Assembly: GCA_964247055.1 (NCBI GenBank)
Contig: OZ176055.1
Span: 2,914,001 to 2,978,000, forward strand
Direction of reading: 5' to 3'
Length of the DNA: 64,000 nt
Origin: Paragordius varius
Lineage: Eukaryota > Animalia > Nematomorpha
Within the stretch, counting starts at the first letter, position 1. Every line of letters begins with the position of its first letter. The notes beneath the pieces were generated by a model. It saw only the letters and a list, made by a program, of their open reading frames with translations. It searched no databases and was not told where the DNA came from. The translations under genes were made by a program, and so were the position numbers. Of this stretch, positions 24,305 to 38,380 are shown in pieces.

Positions 24305-24611
24305 TGTTATGTATAATAACTTAATTGTTTTAACTCAATTAATCTTATTTTAGTTACCTTTGAAAATATAATTTGTGCATAATACACCTTTGTACTTGTT
24401 ACGCTAAAAATGTATATTATCTTGGTTGTGAATGCTTTTACCTAAATAATGTAATATTGAACCTTATGCAAATATATAACTTGTGAATGCTTTCATCTAA
24501 ATATTGAAATATTTAACCTTATGCAAAAATGCAACCTCGCTCTAAAACTATATATAATGGAACATTGTTTTTTATGATATAAAAATAAATTCCTTTTTTC
24601 CGCTTATTACA
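24305..24611 (+). repeat. 3' LTR (307 bp)
   Basis: TGTTATGTAT...TTATTACA, followed by the TSD ctcac. Confidence 0.95.
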
Positions 24612-25191
24612 CTCACTATTAACCAATGTAAAGATATATTATAAATTTTTTTCGAATGTAATTTTTATAATTAATTAAAAATAAATATGTATATACATCT
24701 TCCCATTATATTTGCAAATGGACTCCAAACAAAATGTAGCGTGATAAAGAAATGGAAAGTGTTTTAAGGGCGATTGGTTTCATCAATCTAAAAATTATTA
24801 CCAGGCTCAATATTTAGAAAACTCTATAATATTAAATAAGATACGTGCCAGTGAGTTTGAAAAAATTCAATGAATGCATATTGTATAATTGTTTATCTTT
24901 TTGTGCCTTATATCATAAATTTTGGCTAAAAATGATCAAAGTAATTTCTGTAAAATTCGAATTGGGTGGTAAAAAAATTTTACATTCATAAGCATAAGAC
25001 TTCACTTAAGTGTTTGTTTTATCACCGATCTTCAAGTGTACTGCTGGCTTAAGTAAACTTGCTCAACTTGCCACGCTTGGCTTACAAGTCAAGTGTGACT
25101 TTTTTTTCACCCCACCCTATATTTATGAAACTATATTTATTCATATTCAAACATACATGTAAGTATTCTAATAAATTCTATAATATGGAAA

Positions 25192-25784
25192 TCTATATAT
25201 TTATAAAATTCGAAAATGTTAGCTTTGTGATCTGTTTCCGGAAAACCGGTAGACCCATTCAAATTCAAACATCGAAAAAATATAATCATTAATGAATGCC
25301 CGACAATAGCTTCGCCCTTTTTTTGAAATAGGCCCCCAGTTCAGGCCCAACCTGTGTGAAAAACGGGTTTTTTTGAAAACACAAGTCCACAAAAATCCAA
25401 AAATCGAGTCTTTGAGACAATTTTTCCGGAGAACGTGTTGAACCATTCAATTTTCAAATATGATTTTTGTTTACCTATTTTTGATGGCGCCGAACATAGG
25501 CTCGCTTTTTTCATTTAGGCCCCTTTTTACCCGCTCTTCCCGTAAAATGCCTTTTTTTCAAAAAAAATAATTTTTTGATTCTATTTTTTGCAGGTAGGAG
25601 ACCGTAAAAATTCAATAAGGATTCCACGTATTCCCTGAAAGGCAAAAATTTTAGTCAAGCGTTTCTTTGATGATAGCTGCTAGGTAAGGGTATGTGGATC
25701 ATTTTATTGTTCCTATTTTCAAATAGCCCCCCAGAAGTCCGAAGGACCTCCTCTGGCTGCGCAGAAGCACGAGATTTACGCTAA
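25192..25784 (+). mobile_element. Non-autonomous Helitron H1 (short derivative)
   Basis: 5' A|TCTATATATTTATAAAA; 3' degenerate GC-rich hairpin then gagatttacgCTAA|T; homologous to H2 and H3. Confidence 0.75.
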
Positions 25785-26079
25785 TTATATATATATATAT
25801 ATATAGAAATAATACACATTGATTTTCGTTGTATATATTGAATTGATCTTATGATAATGGCGAACAATAATTTAAAAAAATAATTGTAAATCTAGGCTTT
25901 TACAATACAGATTTTAACGGAATTAAATTTTAATGCAATTCATTTAATCCGTAATAAGTATATAAATGAGATTTTACTACTAAAGGAAAGAGACAACTAA
26001 GAGAAATAATTTCTTAAAAAAATTTTCTGGCTTTTGATATTGCAAAATTATCAATATCATTAAAATCTATTATATTATC

Positions 26080-28320
26080 TTTCACACTCAACAATGTTAA
26101 GTCATTCAAATCTTGACCCATCGTCTTTCGCATATATGTTAAAATTAATTTTATTTTGCTGAATGATCTTTCACAACTATCGACAGACGTTAAAATAGTT
26201 AAAAGTATTTAAAATGCAACCCTTAAATTGAAAAACACATCTTCGCTGTATGAAATTATAAAGGTTAAGAGTTCTAACGGAGTTTTGGGTTCAACATCTT
26301 TTCGACTTAGGAGGAACATCTTGCAATCACAAATTTCTATAAAAAGATCTGTTTTATAATCTATATTGTAAAATTCGCCTATAGATTTACAATTATTTAT
26401 TAAATCATTATTGTTATTGTTATAACTTGTCAATAATTTTTTAATATCTAACAAAAATCCAAATCTAGAGAATCGCTTTTCCATTTCATTTGCAATTTAT
26501 GCAATAAGTGTTTCATAACCCGAAAAATTTCCCTCTCTGAATAAAAGAATCACCCCACCTAATTCCCCTGGGAGTTTTTTTGGCTTTCTAGCACGGGTTG
26601 ATATAGATATAGAAACATCCAGGTTTTCAGATACAATTTTAGCTTTTTTGTGGCTTCCTCGTAAAGTTGATTCTGAATATCTGCTGATTCAATAGTTAAG
26701 GATCAAGGTATTTAAATGCTTCATTAAACTTAATTTTAGGATCTTGCAATCTATGTTGCCTATCGATACTTCTAAATATTTTATGCCAGAAAAAAAATAA
26801 TGTGAAAAAATTGAAATTTAAAACATTCTGAAGTAAAACTGATGACTCACTTCTTGAAGTATATTTACTTAATTCTTCTAATCCCTCTATCAAATCATCT
26901 ATTCTTTCAACAATGGCATTAGCGTGAATTCTAGCACTTCATCGGGTTTCAGACTCATCCTTAACAGTTTATTTAGTTTATTAATAGGTCCCATCTAATA
27001 GTTGAACGTGAAAAAGATGATATTTCAATTATTCAGAAACAGGTCACAACAATAACATCTTGTTTTGCTACCGTGACTCCTACATTAAAGAAATGATTGT
27101 AACAGTTGACAAATATTGCTCTTTTTTTTAGTTCTTTGTTGAACGCCTGAAATGTGAACCGACACAGCTGCATTATCATATTGAGTACAATTTGATAACT
27201 GAATATTATCCATATTTTTTTAAATTACCTTTTCAAATGACATTGCATCTTTGTTGAATAACTGAAAACCCAAAAAGGATTCTTTTATGACAACTTTTTT
27301 TTCTCATAATCTATAAATACATACCTAACAACTTTAGAAATTTGTTCTCGGTGGGCTATATCTGGCTTTGAATCAAATATAAGTCTATAATCTTTACTTT
27401 TTTATTTAAACGATCAATTTAGCTTTTACTCTTGAAGCTAAAAGATGTATAAACACTTTTTGGATTTTGGGTGAAACATAGGATAAAGTGTTCGGAGATT
27501 CAATGTCATGTGTTCTCCGTTATTGGGTTAAACTGAGCTTTAAGTTTCAGTAAAATAATAGGTTTCCAGGCTTTGGTCTTTTATCTAGATACATATAACT
27601 TTCAACATTTTCTCGAAAAGGGATTTTGGGTGATTAGAACTTTTATGCATGATAAAATTCGATGTAAAATATTTCGCCATCGATTCCGATTGTATGTGAG
27701 CTTCTAGAGCAGAATCAATTCCTATTTTATTTATCAATATTCTTTCTGCCTCTTTTCAAGTAGTAAATGCTTTCCGATTACATGATGAATTAATTTATCT
27801 TTTTTCCTCCATTTATTATAACCATGCGTAGTTATAAAAGATGATGGTAAAGAATTAGATTCAAAAAGTAGGCAAAAACAATGCGCAGATCCGTTCTTTG
27901 GTTAATATAAAAGCCAAGACCTCTCAACTTCAAATCCTTCTTTTTTACCGACAGGTCAAAAAAGCCAAGATTGGGGCACTGAACAATGATTTTGTTCTAA
28001 ACAGAATGCAATTATTTTGAAATCCACGAATAATCATTTCTGTGCCAAGTTGATTAGATATTACGGAACATTATTATTAGTAAATAAAAAGGCGACATCA
28101 TTAAACACTGTGGGTATAGCGCTTGGAATTACTAATGGTCTATTTATAATTTTCTCATCTCTATCTATTGGATTAATAACTAGGATTTCAGGTGTATTTA
28201 CGTTATTATTATTATGGCGTACCGTTATGTATGTGCCGCATACACTTTTTTCAATGTTATGGTCAGATATTTTCGTTATATAAGATTTCAAACTCATTCC
28301 ATTTAATTTGTTTTATTCTC
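26080..28320 (-). pseudogene. Decayed hAT transposase (ZMYM1-like, TTF-type zinc finger)
   Basis: Minus-strand fragments read RSWLLY*PKNGSAHCF, MEKRF...FFNLRVA and SVDSCERSFSKIKLILTYMRKTMGQD (dimerisation domain), with many stops and frameshifts. A candidate terminus CAGTGGCGTACC lies on the minus strand at 29410. Confidence 0.8.
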
Positions 28321-28574
28321 TTTCTGGATTTTTCGTTTCCTATTTGCGTAACCGCTGAGTTTAGACATTGATAAATAATTATAAAAAATACAAGGCTATA
28401 TTAATAATTATTAATATACTTTTCTTGTGAGAGATGGAATATTGGGCATTTAAATAAATGAAATTGAGTTATGAAAAATATAAATTATAAAAATAAGAGA
28501 TAAGGTTTTGAACAGAGAGGAAGTTTAAAGGCATAAAAGAATTAAATATGTGCATGATAAAGACACGTTTTTAA

Positions 28575-29130
28575 CACTTCGATTCAAATTGGGGTATCTA
28601 AATACCCCAGACTAAATTTAAGTTAGAATTTTTAAAAAACTACTGAAGGAAACGGTCCCAATTTAAATTTATGCTTCTATCCTGATAAATATTATATAAA
28701 TATGCCAAAATATCTTGATAAAATTTTGTTTTGAAAAAAAATTTCCATCTCAAACTACTTCGACGCCATTTTTATTTTACAAAAATTTTGCAAAATATGG
28801 TCTTCATTTAATTTTAAGGGTAAAACTAAAGCTTATTTTTTATATAAATTACATCTAACATTGATAGAGATAGAAAAAGCGGTTTATTTTGTATTATTTT
28901 TTAATTTTACAATTTTACACATGTCACGTTGACTAAATTTTTACCTTTCAGTTTTAGCTCAAAATAAGTAATATCAAGTATTTTTGAATAAATTTTTTTA
29001 TATATTTCGGTTTATTAATGTTATATAAGTGCAAAATTTTGCCATGGTTTCGATTGCTTCCATACTTTTTAAAGTATTTGATTTTAAACAGGCCTGGGGT
29101 ATCCAACTACCCCAATTTGAATCGAAGGAC
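28575..29130. mobile_element. MITE family W with ~40-bp TIRs
   Basis: cacttcgattcaaattggggtatctaaataccccag vs ctggggtatccaactaccccaatttgaatcgaagg. Related copies at ~47510-48040, ~33230-33570 (partial) and ~17200-17500 (reverse, partial). Confidence 0.7.
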
Positions 29131-31625
29131 TAAAATGAATGTGTTGTATCCAAGTATTAAGCGAAAAAATAGTTTGCACATGTTGAAGGACCTACATGAA
29201 AGTTGTTAATCCATAATATTTGCTCTTAATCTCTTATATATGACTTTTATATTATTTTAGAGTTATTATAAATTCCAGAAAAATCTAACTTGAAAGTTGT
29301 TATCATTTATGCATTATTTAAATTTAATTTTAAAAATCATTTAGGCACGCTTAAATAACGGCGGGGCCATGATGCACACCCTTGACCCCCCTCCCCTCGG
29401 TACGCCACTGATATTAAAAAGTGTGGTTGTATTTAAAATAAATATTCTTTATATTTTTACTTTTTGTTCGTATAATTTCATTTTTTTGAGTTGTGTTATT
29501 TTTTTGTAAAGAAAATTGAAATAATAAATATTTTTCTCATGAGTATTTACCAAAAATAATTAAATATTGTTGTATCAACAGAAATAACCAGTGGTTTCTA
29601 ACATATTTTGTCTTTCCCTCACCGCGGATTAATCATTTGATATAAAACACATCTCATATATAAATTCAATATTTTATGTCGTTTTATTTAATCTTCCTTA
29701 CTACGGTGTAATTATGCAATTACATTGGTCCAAATATTTATTTCATTTTAAGCAATATAAAATGCTTATATCAGGTTAGAGATATGTGAACCAGCCATTT
29801 ATTTTTCGCCTGGTTTAAGTATCTCTTATTCCTCAGATAGGCAGGAGCTTTTCCCTTTTTTAGGCATTCGGGGCTATCTAACTTTGATAAAAATAATTTA
29901 TAAAAGGAAAAAAATTATATGTTTTTAAAATGAAATATGTTATTCACTCATATAAAGTAAAATAAAATTAAAAACATTTTGACGGCAATAGTCCTCGATC
30001 AAAACGTTTTCGTAGGATCCATAGCTATTAAGATCGGAAATCTATGAACCCTAATTGACTCTTAGAAGAAAAAATCTTATTCACGCAACATGAAACCTTT
30101 TATTACGATTAATGCTATTCAAAAAAAGAGCCTTATTTAGCCTACAGTTTTAATGTCGTCAAATATGTCCTGTATATTTAAGATGATCAAAGATTACCTT
30201 TAGGACTAGGTAATCGAATAGAACCCTCAAATTGGCACAAGCTCTGTGAGGTATATTAAGGTGCGTTTGGTTTTAGCCTGCCGCATTTCCCACATTCGGA
30301 GGGAAGTAAGAAGTACCTTTATGTAAAAAAAATTTATATTATGCATATGTATTAAAGCAATTATGACCGAAATTCTATACAGACTTTGGAATTAAAGTTT
30401 TTTTAAATTAATAAAAGCAACATATTTTTTGTTCAATTCGTCTTTCAAAAAGTTTCGAGGTAAAGTAAAATGTGTGAATTAAATTTTAAATAAATTTTAT
30501 ATTTAAAACCTCAAAAGGTAAGCTTCTTCATCCTTCGGATTTCATAGGCAGCTGGCGACAGCAAATACAATGAATTTTATCCAGGTATATCTAACATCAA
30601 TAATTATCGTATTTAATTTATAATAGAGCATATTTATAATTGAGATACCTAAGAAATTCCTTATTGTACTCATAATTCAGGATAGCTTAATTTCCTTGTT
30701 CACCCATCAAATATGGTCTATTGAGTTTTAGCTTGCTTATATTATTAATCTAAATATGGTTAATATAAATAGTTAAGACAATATAAAATAATTATAGAGG
30801 CAATCCAAATTTATAATATGTACCTAACTTTTTTCATATATAAAATGGATTATTTGTAAATATACCGTTAACCTCGAGGTAATATGTCTACTCCAGCATT
30901 ACCTAGCTGTCAGCCGTCCAAATTGGGATCCCAATTCTTAATTTTTTGGCATCTCTGAAAATCTATACGTGTAAATTCGTTAACTTAAAAAAACGATTGT
31001 TTTATTTACACCAATAAATTAAAAATTATTATTATCAAGTCAAGACAACTCAATTCTGTTATCATAAATTATTGCCTTGGTTTCCATGAGATAGTTTGTA
31101 ATGACCAATTGTTATAAGGGCACTAGGAATTAGGAATAATTATAGAAGGGGAAAATATTTGACGCAAAACCATAGATTATAAAGCATTTTTAATGTTCAT
31201 CATTATATATATGTAAAAAACAGCTCTGGTTGCGACAATATTATAAAGATGCATATGCCTGCTTTATTAAGTTATTTTACACGATCATAAAAAGAAATAA
31301 ATTACCATAGTAGATAATCTAGTAGAGCCATCAACAATAAGAATATCTGGTAGACTTGCATATTAACGATGCAAAGTGCCAAACTGTTTTTCCTAAGGCA
31401 TATCAATGCCCGTTTTGCCCGGGGCTGCGTTCCCCAATTCATTGGTAAATCAGGAGGATCCCTAACCTGTCATCTCAATTAGCCATTGAGACGCACTATT
31501 CCGGATAATACGTGGTTGACTCTGCTAAACTATTATTGGATTTATGTTAAATCATATATTCATTGGTTTACGGGGGTGTCCAAAACAAATGGCTGTGCGG
31601 GCCGCATTTACAAATTATATGAGCA

Positions 31626-31665
<40 letters not shown>

Positions 31666-31666
<1 letters not shown>

Positions 31667-32615
31667 TAGCGTAAATCTCGTGCTGCTACGCAGCCCGAAG
31701 AAGTCATTCGGACTGTGGGGGGGGGGGGGCATTTTTAATTTTATAAGCAATTTTGGTGTGCGGCACGAAGTTTTTAAATGATTCACATAGTGTCATATTC
31801 TGAAATTTGGCTCCAAAGACATGCTGTATGGATATAAATGCGCAGTTGTAGGCGGGTATCCCCTACCCAGAGGCAAACAATATAAATGTAGTTAGATAAA
31901 AAATTTGCCTTTATACCTGGAATAATCGTTCATTCCTAATAGTTTATGGAAGAATGGTTTCAAAATTAAATAATAGTTCAATGATAGCGCATTTTTAGGG
32001 AGTAAAGGGCCTGGTTAATTCAATAAATCCGCCGACTAAAATTTTTAACTTTTTACGGATAATACTTTAAGCAGCTATTGAACTCATATGGCCTGATAAG
32101 CTTTCTGAAATTAGCCTCAAAAGCACGCTATTTTGATATAACGGGTCAGTTTTCGTGGGTAGCTCCCTACTCAGCAACTATCATCAAAGAAACGCTTGAC
32201 TAATTTTTTGCCTTTTAACAGGGAATACGTGCAATCTTTATTGAATTTTTACGGTCTCATACCTTGGGCATTTAACACAATCAAAAAATTTTTTGAAAAA
32301 ATGGCATTTTACGGGGGTAGCGGGTAAAATGAGGGCCTAAATCAAAAAAATGTTCGGCAGGATCAAAAATAAGTAAACAAAAATCATATTTGAAACTGAA
32401 TGGTCCAACACGTTCTCCGGAAATTTGTCTCAAAGATACCCGTTTTTTATACGGGGTGGACCCAAACTGGGAGCCTACTTCAAATAAAGGGCGAAGCTAT
32501 TGTCGGGGGATTCATTAATGATTATATTTTTTCGAAGTTCGGATTTTAATGGGTCTACCTGTTTTCCAGTACCAGATCACAAAGCCAGCATTTTCCATTT
32601 TTATAAATATATAGA
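31666..32615 (-). mobile_element. Non-autonomous Helitron H2
   Basis: On the minus strand: A|TCTATATATTT start; 3' GCTGC-GTA-GCAGC hairpin 12 nt before CTAG|T. Confidence 0.8.
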
Positions 32616-33639
32616 TTAGATTATAAACATCACATTGTAAAAAAATTAGGAAACAATATAACTTCTATTTATTTGAACATTTATATTTCAAGAAACTGGC
32701 AGGCGGAAAAATTTTAGAGGGCCCCATGTGGAATCTAAAATAAATTTGTTTTGTGTAAATATAATAATACCTAGTGCAGAGCCATCTTAAGCCAGAATAG
32801 ATCAGGGTCCGTTAGGTTCTTCCGCCATACTTGACAGAATAATCTTTGTTGCTCCTTTGGAAAGTCCAATACCTCGATTATTTCTGCCAGGCATTTTGCC
32901 CCTAATATAAGATATTATTGAGAATAAATTTGTTATGAAGAAATATCATTTTAAAGAAATATATTTTATTTTATTGTATTAAGTAATAATTAATTTTAGT
33001 TTATGGTTACATATATTTTATTTCATTTGCAGACTGTATTTCAATTTAGCTTAATTTCGTGAAGTTATATTCTATTTATCAATGTCCTACCTAACGATAC
33101 CATATTTAGTTATCATAAAAAATTACCCTGACATTTGTGATTTATGTAAAATAACGATAAGTTAAAAGTGTGCTTAAATTATTTCTTATGGTGAACCGTG
33201 AGATTATGACTTAAATAAAATTTAGTTTTGAATAAAAAGTTCCATATCAAACTGCTTCGACGCCATTTATATTTTACAAAATTAAAGTTAATTTTTCAAT
33301 TAATCTAATCATGGTGTAAACAGAAAAAGTGGTTTATTTTGTATTATTTTTACTTTAAGCTAACGCGCGTCATGCCGGTAAAATTTTATCTTCGGAGTTA
33401 TCCATAAATTAAATAATATTAAGTTTTTTTAAACAAAACTTTTTTTTATATTTCAGTGCATTCATGTTATATATGTGCAAAATATAGTTACAATTCCCAA
33501 TTTTTGAAAATATTTATTTTTAAACAAGCCTGTGTCCCCAAATACTTCAATTAAATCGGAGAGGACTGAAATTAATGTGCGTATCCCGGTTTATGGAAAC
33601 ATATTTATAAAAATTAATAAAAATCCACCCTTCTTCAAA

Positions 33640-34950
33640 TATTTGACCAGTTTAGCAATATTATATAAATATTTAAATAACTACTTTTTGGACCCAAAAG
33701 ATATATTGCGTAAGTTGAGGCTTAGCCTGTAGTATCCTGATTCTCCCCTAAGGCCATTTAGATCTAGGTATATCAATGTGTTTTCGGGACTCGGCAGACA
33801 TACAATTTAAATAAAATGATTGTAATTATTGTGTCTGATTCCGAACCTATTCAGTGTAAATATCTTATACTATTTTTAACATAATAAAAAACTTTATAAT
33901 TCTTATGAGGACTAGTTTTAATAAAATTTGCATTTATGATTTTCGGAATATTAATTAATACATTGCAGATCTGCAAATATATTAATTTATAATATGTCGA
34001 ATGATATAAAAATGAACCGTCACAATTCCTCATCATCTATGGTTCAGGAAGAATATTCCACTCCAAAATTATCTTCCTGAATCCATATTGCCCAAAAGCA
34101 ATAATATCAGATTCTTTTAACCAGCAGGGATCCACTAATTTTTCAAGGTCCGCCTTTATAAATATCCATATATAAAATGAGATAGATAAAGTGTTAAAAT
34201 TATGTTAATAAAATATGAAACTATATTAATTACAATTCTTTGAAAGTGCATAAGCTAGAATTGTGGAAATAAATTTACCTATTAATCAGGATCTTAGCAT
34301 GTCCATGTTAACCTGTTAATCCAATAAATCAAGGATTCGTGCCCACCTAGATGGCGTCTTCCCGGAAATCGGAATCATTCATAAACCGGGTAAGACATAC
34401 CAAGGCGCTAATGAATCAAATTTTCATCATCACTCTAAAGGTATTTAAATTATTTTTATAGATAAATGTGTTTTTAATATTAAAAATGATATACACATAT
34501 ATGATTGTTGTATAAATGCTTAAAATATAATGAAGCAGTATTTAGTTATAAACTGTTGGAATTAAAAGTTTACGAATTTTGATAAAATTAGTGAAAATAT
34601 TTATAAATCTACCATGGAACCTCTAGGTTAACCTTTATCCCGATTCGACCGCAAGGTTTTATCCACTCTCTAACAGTTTTCTGAAATAATATTTATTCCA
34701 GAAAAACTGTTATTGTTCCAGTCATCATGCTAGGTTTCTTAATATTTATATATAAAATCAAATTAAATTTCATTCTCTGAGCTATATTGCATAAGTAAAT
34801 TCTATAACTTATACATAAAACCGGGTATATAGGACCTGATGAAATATATGATATATTCTGATAGGAAAATGTACCAGGATTATTATAGTGATTTTGGTCT
34901 TGGGTCTTACAAGTGATATAAAAAAAATATTTATTCTTTTGTTTGGTAAT
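33640..34950 (-). pseudogene. Heavily decayed LINE reverse transcriptase fragment
   Basis: Minus strand near 34060-34160 reads IKADLEKLVDPCWLKESDIIAFGQYGFRK (LEKL...QxGFR motif). The rest is barely alignable. Confidence 0.4.
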
Positions 34951-37900
34951 TGCGCCATATCTAAAAATTGCAAACACATTTTTTAAATAAACTTTTTTGG
35001 TGAAAGCTAACGGCTTTAATCCGTATCATTAATATATATATTGAATATGTTTATAAAGCAAAACATTATTTAATAAAATTTTCATTTTTAGATTCATGCT
35101 TAGTCTTAAATTTTTGGCTCCCTATAAAATGAACTCGTCTTTTTTAAATAAACGCAAAAACGATATTTTGACATAAGAATTTTATGGTAAGTTATGGCAC
35201 ATAAAATATTTTTAAATGCTTGCTTTTTAAAAAATTTAATATATATATATATATATAATTTTTTTTATAAAATCTGATGATGCCAAACATTTCTGTCACC
35301 TTATTTTAAAATATTTTCATCATATTTTTAAATATGTGTTTTTCACAAAAATATTTAATTAAATTTCAAGAATAAATTTTTTTAGCATCATTGATATACA
35401 CAAAAAGTGTTTTTTACCGTTTTCAATTTTTTAAAAAGTATGCATTTTTCACATTTCTTTGGATTGATCATATATTAAAATATTTTATCGCAAAATCTCG
35501 GTTTTTTCGCGTTTATATTAAAAAATTAGCCCACATAGGGGGCCGGAAATTTGAGGCTTCGGGAGCTCGCATTTAAAAATACATGTAGTATATTAGATAT
35601 AGTAATGATTCTTTTGGCTTACCAAATTTTTTTATGGCATAATGTGCGCAAATGCAATTTTTTTTTTATAATAATAAATATTCGGAGTTTGCAAGGCCAC
35701 AAAAAACACCATGAGAATCCTGATATTTCTCCTAAAAAACAAAAAATATTTATTTTAATTTTCACTTTAATTTATGTTGAATTTATCATTATTAACAGAG
35801 TTTTTAATTGTTTGGAAAAAATTGTCGATAACGTAAATTACAATATCAAAATCGGTTTAATTTATATATAATATATATTATATCAATTAATGAGTACTAG
35901 TTACGCATTTCATGGTCTAACGCTCCATCACTCCAACATTGCTTCTGTGTCCATATTGGACCGCGAAAACTATATAAAATTTCTTCAACCCCCTTAATAT
36001 CCAGGGTAGGAATGCTATAAATATTATATTTATTAATTTTTAATTATAATACAAAGTTGTTAAATAAATCAGATTAAAATTTACCAATCAATTTCTTCCC
36101 TAAACCTATACACGTGTTCCTCTAGCACAAAGATATTGGGTACATAGATCCGTGTGAATCTGATCAAATATTTAGGTGAGATAAACAGATCTACATGGAT
36201 TGTTGTATAAATATAAAAAATTATTTTTTTTTCAAAAACTTTTGCATAAATTTATAGTGTAATTTATATAAAAATAAAATTTTATATGCATAAGTGGTAA
36301 ACCATTTCATCACGTTCCTACTAACCTCAGCTAGAACCATATTTTGTTTCAAAACAATTGACAAGTTGCAATATCCAGGTTTAAGCATGCGGCTAAACCT
36401 ATATTAATTAATAAATATTATTAATATCACATTTTATTTTGAATAATATCTAATCCAGTTTTTGCCTATTAAATTTAAATAAGTGGTACAGTGTTATTGG
36501 TCAACCATACATTTACCAAACAGAAACATTGGAAAATTTGAAGTGAGCGTCAGATAAAAATACATTAAGAGCTTGGTCTCATTGAGATTCAAAACTGTAA
36601 TAGAAATAATAACATTATCAAATATAAAAAAAATAAATTATTTTTGGTTATTGAAAGAAATATATATAAGCAAATTTATTTAACATATGAAAATAGTTTT
36701 AACAAACCACAAAAACCTGGCTTAATGATTAAATTAAGGTGTAAATATTATTAAATACCTAGTTATATAAATGCTATCTATATATCAACCCCATACCTTT
36801 TAGTTCTTATAGAAGTAGTCTGATCCTTTGGCCTATGATTCCAAATAGCTGAAAGGACTAAGAGGTTGATTATTGCAGAAACCCAGAGCCCAATTTTTTT
36901 GTCACATGTCATCAAAGCTTTGTGGTTTTTCCACAAACATTTTGCCTGTTTTTTACATATTATAATAAAAATATGCAACTTGGATGAGGTTTGTACACCA
37001 TTGTAGCAATTAATTATGTGATTGTTAAAAATAAGATAACAAGTATTAATGTTGCTTATCAAATGATAAAAGCAAAAAATATTCACTTAAACTAATTATG
37101 AATTATAAAAATTTAAAAAATATGGCAACTACCTTGATTTCATTGGGTAAACTTGAGCCATAATCTCGGGCGCGTCCTGTAAGGTTTAAAATCATTCTGT
37201 TTGGTTGTTTATAAATCATAAATCGATAGTTTTCGCAGTTTACGCCATTGGTCCGACGGTCAAATATTTAATCTGATAATATTAAATACCATTGTAAATG
37301 TATTTAATTTTTAGGAAATATATAAATATCATATAATTTTTCGATTTTTAGCGTTTGAACATATGTTATTAATGCCTTGACGGATTGATAATGTTTTTGG
37401 ATAGCAATTATTAAATCCTTGAAAAAAAACGAAAATTGGAATCAACTGAAAATTTGATTTGTAAACTGAAAATATAAATCATATGTAAAACCCTTTGTCA
37501 ATAATAATCGCAGTCTTTTCGTGCTTGTTAGCAATCATCAGTACGACACAACTATTTGACTTGGGGTTTCACATATCATATTCGTATATATATACCAAAA
37601 CCGACTGCATTTATATCCAATTATTGGATATATATTCGAATTCGATATGTACCGATGAGTTTACGATTGATGAAGGGTTTACATATCATTATATTTTTGT
37701 TTATAAGTGTTATTATCAAATATTTTGCCTTTAATTCTATTTTAATTTCGTGTTAACAATTCTTAATACATGTTGTTTTATATGGTTGTTTACAACCTTG
37801 TAAGCTATTCCAATGATAATATGTATTTTGTGCCAAAACTATTTTATGTCTAGTATTTTGCATGTTTAAAAATAAATATATTGCAACGAAGAGTGCTGAT

Positions 37901-38189
37901 ATTCGAAACCTATTATATTTAAGTGCGTTAATCATCAAATATAATTCTGTTCGTTATTTGGAATCAAAATATATAATATAAAACGTACCTATAATTTTAT
38001 ATAAATTATTTTATCAAGATTAAAACTTTTAAAAGGCAAAATTTATAGTGTCAAATTTAGTATATATTTGTTTTGCAATAAGTGTGAATTTTATAATATC
38101 ATTTAAAAGTTTATACATTTTTTCAACCTTGCAAGATTTTTTCAAGCATGCGCAACTTTTTTTCATGCAAACGCAACATTTTAGTCTTT

Positions 38190-38380
38190 GTTTGAAAATG
38201 TTGCGTTTGCTTGAACAATGTTGCGATTGGTTGAAAAAATGTTATGTTTGGTGAACAAAATGTTGCGTTTGGCTGAAATAATGTTGTTTTTGGATGAAAA
38301 ATATTGCATTAAAATGAAAAAAAATTTCTTTGCTTGAAAAGGTGTTGCGTTTGGATGAAAAATGTTGCTTTTGACTGATA
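38190..38380 (+). repeat. Degenerate ~20-22-bp minisatellite (aaaatgttgcgtttggntg), about 9 units
   Basis: Repeated aatgttgcgttt(g/t)g units, with one inverted unit (caaacgcaacatttt) just upstream at ~38167. Confidence 0.7.

Larger units (their letters stand above)
19988..24611 (+). mobile_element. Full-length Ty3/Gypsy LTR retrotransposon, Mag-like
   Basis: TG...CA LTRs at 19988-20300 and 24305-24611; 5-bp TSD CTCAC; PBS TGGCGCGGTCG at 20303; purine-rich tract AGATAGGAGATA at 24293-24304; domain order gag-PR-RT-RH-IN. Confidence 0.97.
19478..25117 (-). mobile_element. Element Y copy 2 (inverted relative to Y1), split by the Gypsy insertion
   Basis: 19478-19987 and 24612-25117 together are the reverse complement of Y1; both ends are flanked by TAT. 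Confidence 0.75.

Noticed and set aside
20581-24353. Short overlapping or antisense ORFs inside the Gypsy element
   Set aside because: They are shadows of the long gag-pol frame with no independent motifs.
29760-31560. Patches resembling LINE RT (for example AAPGKTGI)
   Set aside because: The matches are too short and scattered to call a feature, and no spliceable gene model emerged.
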